The position numbers and the translations under genes are program-made. The notes beneath the pieces were generated by a model that made no database searches, had not been told where the DNA came from, and saw only the letters and a list, made by a program, of their open reading frames with translations. A DNA stretch of 14,136 nt, taken from the NCBI GenBank assembly GCA_050125095.1, contig JASFEA010000083.1:1-14136 (forward strand), written 5' to 3'. This document shows positions 8,044 to 14,136 of the stretch, piece by piece (the stretch's first letter is position 1; each line of letters begins with the position of its first letter). Origin of the DNA: a bacterium (GTDB lineage Bacteria > Arandabacterota > Arandabacteria > Arandabacterales > JALGWA01).

Positions 8044-8793
8044 ATGGCCAGGCGGGATATTCTCACCTATCACAAGGTCGGCAGCCAGTTCGAACTCGGA
8101 ATTACCTCGGTGACTCCCGGCCGTTTCGTAAAACACCTCGACCTTCTCTCCGCCGCCGGAAAGCGCTTCCACAACGCCACCGACCTGGTATTCGACGGAG
8201 CGAACGGGAACGGAGTTTCGCTCACCTTCGACGACGGTTACGAATCGGTTTACACACATGTCTTCCCCGAGATGTCGAGAAGGGGCATCACGGGCACCGT
8301 ATTTCCGGTCGTGGGCGCCGTCGGGCGGGACAACCGCTGGGACGTGCGGCTCTCCTTCAGGAGGTTCAGGCATCTCTCATGGGCCCACCTGTCGGAACTG
8401 GCCCGCTCGGGTTTCGAGATAGGATCGCATACCATGTCGCATCGGGACCTGACGCGGATGGGCGCGGCAGGACTTCGAAGCGAGCTCAGGGACTCGAAGC
8501 GCGCACTCGAAGACGGGCTCGGGGTGGAGGTGAAAGCGGTGGCCTTTCCATTCGGCCGGCACAATCGGCGCGTTATAGCAGAGGCGGCCGAGGCCGGCTA
8601 TGAATGCGGGTTCGCCAGCTCGCCCAACGGAGAGACTTCGGTGATGGCGGTGGGCAGGATGGGCGTGCACGCCATGGACGGTGACGCAGCTCTCGCCAGG
8701 ATGCTCGGCCTGCGCCCGGGCCGCTGCCTTGAGGTCCTGAAGAACAGGGTAATTGCGGATCTCGCCCTCGTGACGACGCTGATCAAGCGATGA
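8044..8793 (+). CDS. polysaccharide deacetylase family protein (CE4, IcaB/PgaB-like)
   Basis: ILTYHKV, LTFDDGY, EIGSHTMSH and AFPFG motifs. ATG 8044 lies 1 nt after the dut stop with AGGAG at 8033-8037; the ORF track's 7993 start overlaps dut and is unlikely. Confidence 0.9.
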   Translation: MARRDILTYHKVGSQFELGITSVTPGRFVKHLDLLSAAGKRFHNATDLVFDGANGNGVSLTFDDGYESVYTHVFPEMSRRGITGTVFPVVGAVGRDNRWDVRLSFRRFRHLSWAHLSELARSGFEIGSHTMSHRDLTRMGAAGLRSELRDSKRALEDGLGVEVKAVAFPFGRHNRRVIAEAAEAGYECGFASSPNGETSVMAVGRMGVHAMDGDAALARMLGLRPGRCLEVLKNRVIADLALVTTLIKR

Positions 8794-9818
8794 GAGAACG
8801 GGCAGCGCCTGGAGGCTCTCCGGGGGTGCGCGCCGCCGATTTGATCTTCCTCACCCGGCCGCTGCTTCTCTGCGTCTCGTCGGCCTTTTTCTTTGCAGGC
8901 GCCTGCCGGGGGTTCGCCCCGGCGGCGGTCGCGCTTTGGCCGGCCGCCATTTCGGCCATGGCCCGCAACTTCTCCCTCTTCACACTCATAGTGGCGTCCT
9001 CGTTCGTCATAAACCAGGTCTTTGACGTCGAGAGCGACAGGCTGAATCAGAAGAACTTCATCATAGGTTCGGGGCTATTGCGCAGGTGGGAGGCCGCCGC
9101 CCTCTGCGCGGCGCTCTCGCTGGCCGCCCTTGTTGTCGCGTTCGGCTCCGCAAGCCCTGTAAGGGAACTGGGCATAGCGGGGCTCGCGCTTGGATTCGCC
9201 TACTCCGCGCCGCCCGTGAGGCTGAAGGGAAGGCCCCTCGCGGACATGCTTGCCAACGGTCTCGGTTTCGGCCTGCTCGGCTTCGCGTTCGGCTGGCTCT
9301 CGGTCCTGCCATACGAGGACTCCATGCTTATCAAGGCGGCGCCCTATGCGCTCGCCATGTGCGCCGTATTCCTCCTGACGACGATTCCCGACGAGGCCGG
9401 CGACAGGAGCGCCGGCGACCGTACCACTTGCGTGGTGATGGGAAAGGAACGGGTCGCCCGCGCGGGGCTGGTCATGCTGGTTGCTGCGGGGGGAGCCGGG
9501 CTGGCCACCGGCGAGGCTCCTTGCGTGCTGGGGGCGGCCGCCTCGCTTCCCGCGTTCATAGCCGCCGCGGCGGAGCCCTCGTTGGAAATGTCGGTACTGG
9601 CCGGCCAGTTTGCGGGCCGCGTATTCTTCGCGGTGATGTGCGTTGCCGCTCCCCAGCTCGCCGTTCTGGGCGCTCTGGCATACTGGCTTTCGAAAACCTA
9701 TTATGCCCGCAGGCTGGGTCTGGACTATCCGAGGATCGAAGGGGCTAGCGTGAAAGCACGTAAGTCCCCTTGTCGGGCAGGAGGTTGTAGGAGTACACCA
9801 CTCCGAAGCGGTCTCTGA
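8790..9818 (+). CDS. UbiA family membrane prenyltransferase
   Basis: 'LTRP' near the N-terminus, first Asp-rich motif NQVFDVESDRLN, YSAPPVRLK, second motif IPDEAGDRSAGDRT, and many hydrophobic helices. ATGA overlap with the deacetylase stop. Confidence 0.88.
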   Translation: MRERAAPGGSPGVRAADLIFLTRPLLLCVSSAFFFAGACRGFAPAAVALWPAAISAMARNFSLFTLIVASSFVINQVFDVESDRLNQKNFIIGSGLLRRWEAAALCAALSLAALVVAFGSASPVRELGIAGLALGFAYSAPPVRLKGRPLADMLANGLGFGLLGFAFGWLSVLPYEDSMLIKAAPYALAMCAVFLLTTIPDEAGDRSAGDRTTCVVMGKERVARAGLVMLVAAGGAGLATGEAPCVLGAAASLPAFIAAAAEPSLEMSVLAGQFAGRVFFAVMCVAAPQLAVLGALAYWLSKTYYARRLGLDYPRIEGASVKARKSPCRAGGCRSTPLRSGL

Positions 9819-10812
9819 TCATCTCGTTGGAAACCAGGTCCCGGGTCACCAGGTCGTCCAGGCGATTGGGGTATACATCATAGTTCAGCCGGTACGCCTC
9901 GATGGCGAAGTGCAGGTTCTCCATTTCGCGTTCCTCGACGAAGTCGGCGACGGCGGTGTTCAATCTCCCGTACGAGGTGTCCGGCGCGGAGGCCGGCTCG
10001 AGCAGACTCATCCTGGCGAGCATCGCGACGGCCAGGATCGAAAGGGCTATAGCAATCGACTTGGCGGCCCTCCATACCACGCTCTCGCTGCGGCCGGCGG
10101 GGGCGTCTTCGGCGATAGAAACGATGCCGAGGGCGAAGAGCTTCTCCAGCACATCGAGCGTCTCGAGTTCCTCGCGCTCGCTGTCTTCAAGCGTCTGTTC
10201 TATGGAGCGCTTGCCGTCGACAAGCCTGAGCACGGCGATTTCATCCTCTTCGAGCGGGAGCTGGCTGATATCCGGTTCCGCCACCTTGAGTTTGGTGTCG
10301 AAGCTGGGGAGGAAGCGGCTGATCTCCTCCACCTCGTCCTTTCTGCGTACAGCCTCCATGAGAATGGGTTCCAGCCTCATGGCGCGGGAGAGGCACTCCT
10401 TGGGTAAGTCCTCCAGGGTGCCCGAGAACTCATACTTGCCGCCTTCCCACTTAATGATGTCGGTAACGACTTCCTGAGTATACCTCTCGATGAGGTCGGC
10501 GAGCCGCTCCTCGTCCATGAGTCCTTCGGAGAGCAGGATCTCGGACGGGTCACGGTTGTCCTTCTCCTTGAGTTCGAGGATCTTCCGCACTTCCTGGGGC
10601 GAGAGGATCTCGTTTTCCAGGAGGTAGGAAACGAACGGGTCGCGCATACCCTCCCGCCTGTCCTTGGCGGAGATTATCTTGCCGCCGTCGAAACAGAGCG
10701 TGGCCGTGCGCCCCTTGCTCGATAGGCGCAGCATTCCGGTTTTTTCCTGAGACCCGATGAACTGGAGGATCTCAGCTATGTTGAATGTCCCGAGCTCGCC
10801 TTTCATTCCCAT
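9745..10812 (-). CDS. DUF4388 (PatA-N-like) domain membrane protein with a C-terminal GspG/pseudopilin-like domain
   Basis: N-terminal 'GELGTFNIAEILQFIGSQEKTGMLRL...FDGGKIISA' and 'WEGGKYEF...ILMEAVRRKDE' are typical of DUF4388. These are followed by a 'VLRLVDGKRSI' helical segment, one TM helix, and 'LHFAIEAYRLNYDVYPNRLDDLV...DRFGVVYSY'. Confidence 0.8.
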   Translation of the reverse strand: MGMKGELGTFNIAEILQFIGSQEKTGMLRLSSKGRTATLCFDGGKIISAKDRREGMRDPFVSYLLENEILSPQEVRKILELKEKDNRDPSEILLSEGLMDEERLADLIERYTQEVVTDIIKWEGGKYEFSGTLEDLPKECLSRAMRLEPILMEAVRRKDEVEEISRFLPSFDTKLKVAEPDISQLPLEEDEIAVLRLVDGKRSIEQTLEDSEREELETLDVLEKLFALGIVSIAEDAPAGRSESVVWRAAKSIAIALSILAVAMLARMSLLEPASAPDTSYGRLNTAVADFVEEREMENLHFAIEAYRLNYDVYPNRLDDLVTRDLVSNEMIRDRFGVVYSYNLLPDKGTYVLSR

Positions 10813-10815
10813 GTC

Positions 10816-12597
10816 TTATTCCTGCCTGGCGTGACGGAGCACCAGCATGGTCGATCTCCATGCATAGACGGCGTAGACGCAGATGAAGAGTATGACCATC
10901 GTGGCGCCGCCACCTGTGCTGAAACGTGGCAGCCTGTTTATTATGGATCCCCCGGTGACGGCGAGGATAAGCAGACCGTAAACGAGTATCCCCGAGAGGA
11001 TGCCCTTGAGTCTCTGGCCGCAGAGATGATATGAGGCACCCGGCGCGGCCAGGCCGACGATGAGCCGGACCGCGGTACTTCTCCAGTGTATGCGCGAGAG
11101 GTGTTCCTCGAGCTTGGACTCAAGCTCGTCGCTGTCGCCCACGTTGTCCTGCATGATCCTGGCGCAGCTCCTGCAGGCAATCTCCTTGCGCTTCCGGCGG
11201 GCTATGCTTTCGGTAACGTGCGCGCCGCAGATATCGCATCTGGCCGGTATCTTGAACCTGTAGGACACGGCGAGGACGCCGCCAACCAGCACGAGCAATA
11301 TGACCGTCCCGAGCGTACCTGACTCGACGGGGTGGTAGTCGGTCTGGAAATGCCTCTCCGACGCCGTGGAAGCGAGCTTCCACAGGGCGCCCGGCTGGAG
11401 GTTTACGGCGATCGGAGACTGCGGGACGACTCCAGAGACAAGCGACCGGATCAGATTGAAATCAAGCGAGGACGCCATCTCCAGCTCTTCCTCCGCCACG
11501 TCGAAGTGCAGGAGCTGGTTCAGGGTCTGCGCGTAGTTGTAGTGAATGACAGCTTCTGAAGGCGCGTACCTGATTGCCTCCTCGAAACTGACGCGCGCCT
11601 CGTTGAACCGTCCCAGTCCGTGGAAGGCGACTCCCTTATTGTTGAGTATGGCCGCGTTATGCGGCTCGAGCTTGTCGGCCAGGTTGAAGAACTCTATCGC
11701 GCCGGCGTAGTCCCTGACCCTGAGATGGTAGAGACCGCGCATGAAAGCGTTGAGGGGATCGTACTTCCTGTTGGCGGTGTTGACCTGCAGGGTGCGCTCG
11801 AATCTCTCGTCAAGGGTCTTGTCGGCTATCGCCGCCATTCTGAAGGGCGACCTGGGGTGGTGGGTCGATATGATTCTCGAGGTCCACTCGATCGCCGGGA
11901 CCAGAGTGATGAGCATCACGCCGAACGCTATCACTACCCTGCGTTCGGACGGGCTGGCGTAGCGCCAGGTAAGGGCGCTCCCCATGACGGCGACCCAGGT
12001 CGCGACGCCCAGCGCGCTCTTTCCCGGCAGCATGATGAAAAGGGCGGCTATGGTTGCCCCGAGAATGAGCTTTGTATGCTTGGTTCCCAGCCGGGGCGAG
12101 AGCGTGAGCACCGCCGACACCCATGTGGCGCTCCAATTCCTCAATATGACTATGAAGACTCCCATGTACAGGCTTATCGCGACCGAGGCCAGGACGATCA
12201 ATGTCAGGTTCGCCGCGAAGAGCGACTGGTAGTAGAAGTCGCTTATCAGGAACTTGACCCCGGTCATATACTCGAGCAATCCGTCTATGAGGGAGTTGTG
12301 GCGATAGGCCCTGGCAAGACCGAAGTGGGGCTCGGGCGATGTCGGCGAAAGGGTCGCGGCCTCGGTGAAGCTCTCCACGGCCGGCGTGTACTCGCTGTCG
12401 GACAGGTACCGGTAGCCCTTCCATACGTAGAGGTTCGACATCAGCAGAGGGTCTTCGTCGCCGGATGTCTGCGGAACGACCTGGGCGGCCGACACCGCTC
12501 CCGCAAGGACGGTGATACCCATAGCGAAAAGGACAAATGTTCTCAGCACAGTACCTCTTCCCCGAGTACAGATCTGATGATGCACCGATCCCGCCAT
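10816..12597 (-). CDS. polytopic membrane protein with two TPR regions and a CxxC-x17-CxxC putative zinc ribbon
   Basis: Signal-peptide-like N-terminus, TPR-like repeats (AVESFTEAATLSPTSPEPHFGLARAY; AAILNNKGVAFHGLGRFNEARVSFEEAIRYAPSEAVIHYNYAQ), several hydrophobic helices, and CDIC...CRSC. SD GAGGA lies 9 nt before the ATG. The stop is 3 nt from the DUF4388 gene start. Confidence 0.85.
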   Translation of the reverse strand: MAGSVHHQICTRGRGTVLRTFVLFAMGITVLAGAVSAAQVVPQTSGDEDPLLMSNLYVWKGYRYLSDSEYTPAVESFTEAATLSPTSPEPHFGLARAYRHNSLIDGLLEYMTGVKFLISDFYYQSLFAANLTLIVLASVAISLYMGVFIVILRNWSATWVSAVLTLSPRLGTKHTKLILGATIAALFIMLPGKSALGVATWVAVMGSALTWRYASPSERRVVIAFGVMLITLVPAIEWTSRIISTHHPRSPFRMAAIADKTLDERFERTLQVNTANRKYDPLNAFMRGLYHLRVRDYAGAIEFFNLADKLEPHNAAILNNKGVAFHGLGRFNEARVSFEEAIRYAPSEAVIHYNYAQTLNQLLHFDVAEEELEMASSLDFNLIRSLVSGVVPQSPIAVNLQPGALWKLASTASERHFQTDYHPVESGTLGTVILLVLVGGVLAVSYRFKIPARCDICGAHVTESIARRKRKEIACRSCARIMQDNVGDSDELESKLEEHLSRIHWRSTAVRLIVGLAAPGASYHLCGQRLKGILSGILVYGLLILAVTGGSIINRLPRFSTGGGATMVILFICVYAVYAWRSTMLVLRHARQE

Positions 12598-12703
12598 GAA
12601 GCGGAATCCTCTTTATTTTCGGCAGAATATGCCCGGACCTTAAGCAGGACTGCAGTAATTTTTGCGTTAAAATGCAAGGCCTGATGCCCAACCCGGTTTT
12701 GGG

Positions 12704-12733
12704 TTGACATTGGCCGCGAAACAAATTTAACTT
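12704..12733 (+). promoter_or_regulatory. putative sigma70 promoter for the Na/Pi cotransporter gene
   Basis: TTGACA (12704-12709), 18 nt, then TAACTT (12728-12733) in an AT-rich intergenic. SD GGAG at 12752-12755. Confidence 0.55.
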
Positions 12734-12764
12734 AATGCACCAAATCTGTCTGGAGCGCTGAGAA

Positions 12765-14136
12765 ATGAAGGACTTAGGGACCCTGAAAGCGGTATTCCCG
12801 ATGATTCTGGCCGTTCTCTGGCTGGCTGCGGCTCCGCTTCCCGCGGCCGCCGGGGTGGTACTGGAGTACGCGGCTGGCATAGACAATGAGGATATATCGG
12901 GGAATAACCAGATCGGCACCGTGTCTGAGTATTTCCAGAGGCCCCTCAGGGTAAGGGTCACGGACGAGACCGGGGCCCCGATGCCCGGTGTGCTGGTCGA
13001 GTTTGTCGTGGTTGAGGCGGAGGGGGCCTATGAGAGGGACACGGGGGCGGTGCCCAGCCTGGACTCCAGATTCGTAGAGACCGGCCCGTCGGGTTACGCC
13101 TCGACCAGTTTGAGGGGGGGCGCCGATCCGGGCACGTTTCACGTCGTCTGCATCCCCCGGTCTCATGAGGGCCGGTTCCTCGTGTTCACCATCATGGCCT
13201 ACAGGCACAACTGGGTCGCCTTTACCCTGGTGGGGCTCATAGGCGGTCTCGCCATATTCCTTTTCGGCATAAAGTTCTCGGGGAGGGGACTGCAGAAGGC
13301 GGCGGGCAGCAAACTCAGGCAGATAGTGGCCAGGCTGACGGCCAACAGGTTCCTGGGGGTGCTGACCGGGATCGTGGTTACCGTCATCATTCAATCGAGC
13401 AGCGCGACGACGGCCATGATGGTGAGCTTCGCCAATGCCGGGCTCATATCCCTGAGCCAGGCAATGGGAGTCATACTCGGCTCGGACATCGGGACCACGC
13501 TGACCGTCCAGCTGATCGCCTTCAGGATATTCGACTACGCGCTGCTCATCGTCGCCGTGGGTTTCGTGCTGTTCATCTCCAAGATCGAGCGCTACTCGAG
13601 AATAGGCCAGATCATCATGGGATTCGGCCTGCTGTTCTTCGGTATGAGCGTCATGTCCGCGGCGGTAGCGCCGGCCAAGAACCATCCGGCGTTCGCCCAA
13701 TTCATCCTCGGGGTCGAGCGCAGCCCGGCGCTCGCCATAATGGCCTCGGCGGCGTTCACGGCCATCGTACAGAGCAGCGCCGCGACCATAGGCCTGGTGC
13801 TGACTTTCGCATTCCAGAATATGATCTCGCTGCATGGCGCCATTCCGCTGGTGCTCGGCGCAAACATAGGCACCTGCGCGACCGCACTTCTGGCGAGCAT
13901 GGGCAGTACGTCGGAGGGCAAGAGGATCGCCTGGGCACATACCTTCTTCAAGATACTGGGCGTGGTTCTGCTCTATCCCTTCCTCTCGGGATTCACGGGG
14001 TTCGTGCAGGGTACGGCTGGCAGCCTCACGAGGCAGATAGCGAACGCCCACACGCTCTTCAATGTGGGCGCGGCGCTTCTCTTCCTGCCGTTCGTGAAGC
14101 CCTGGGCGCGCCTTTTCAGATTTCTCATAAAGGACG
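12765..14136 (+). CDS. Na+/Pi cotransporter family protein (NptA/YjbB, SLC34-like) with N-terminal signal peptide and Ig-like domain; 3'-partial, absent from the ORF track
   Basis: Manual translation from ATG 12765 shows no stop to the window end: MKDLGTLKAVFPMILAVLWLAAAPLPAAA-GVV...GLIGGLAIFLFGIKFSGRGLQKAAG...IIQSSSATT...ILGSDIGTT...IVQSSAAT...LGANIGTC...RQIANAHTLFNV. The two QSS(S/A) repeats are the family signature. Confidence 0.93.
   Translation, partial: MKDLGTLKAVFPMILAVLWLAAAPLPAAAGVVLEYAAGIDNEDISGNNQIGTVSEYFQRPLRVRVTDETGAPMPGVLVEFVVVEAEGAYERDTGAVPSLDSRFVETGPSGYASTSLRGGADPGTFHVVCIPRSHEGRFLVFTIMAYRHNWVAFTLVGLIGGLAIFLFGIKFSGRGLQKAAGSKLRQIVARLTANRFLGVLTGIVVTVIIQSSSATTAMMVSFANAGLISLSQAMGVILGSDIGTTLTVQLIAFRIFDYALLIVAVGFVLFISKIERYSRIGQIIMGFGLLFFGMSVMSAAVAPAKNHPAFAQFILGVERSPALAIMASAAFTAIVQSSAATIGLVLTFAFQNMISLHGAIPLVLGANIGTCATALLASMGSTSEGKRIAWAHTFFKILGVVLLYPFLSGFTGFVQGTAGSLTRQIANAHTLFNVGAALLFLPFVKPWARLFRFLIKD

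Noticed and set aside
12672..12692. Sigma54-like TGGGCATCAGGCCTTGCA on the minus strand upstream of the TPR gene
   Set aside because: GG-to-GC spacing is 11 or 12 nt, not the strictly required 10.
11620..12961. 354-aa + ORF and 383-aa - ORF overlapping the TPR gene
   Set aside because: These are alternative-frame shadows. The 383-aa ORF is Arg/Pro/Gly-rich frame noise and crosses an intergenic promoter region.
13114..13120. G7 homopolymer in the Ig-like region as a phase-variation tract
   Set aside because: It is short, in frame and unremarkable in GC-rich DNA.
12774..14051. 425-aa minus-strand ORF
   Set aside because: It is antisense to the clear Na/Pi cotransporter on +, which the ORF track omitted only because it has no stop within the window.

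Overview
GC-rich bacterial chromosomal window, mostly housekeeping. From left to right it holds: a conserved translation/RNA-metabolism block on + (3' end of a DHH/DHHA1 NrnA-type phosphoesterase, truB, ribF, rpsO, pnp, M16 zinc peptidase); a convergent PLP aminotransferase on - (LL-DAP aminotransferase/AlaC-like); a divergent + operon (94-aa 9-Cys hypothetical protein, dut, CE4 polysaccharide deacetylase, UbiA prenyltransferase); a - strand gene pair (multi-TM TPR/zinc-ribbon protein and a DUF4388 protein with a TM helix and a C-terminal GspG-like domain); and a Na+/Pi cotransporter running off the right edge. That last gene is missing from the ORF track and carries an N-terminal signal peptide and Ig-like domain. 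No mobile elements, CRISPR arrays, rRNA or tRNA genes were seen. The best leads are the TPR + DUF4388/GspG-like transmembrane module, the Ig-fused phosphate transporter, and the small Cys-rich protein behind a near-consensus sigma70 promoter. All family calls come from motif recognition by eye; no database searches were run.
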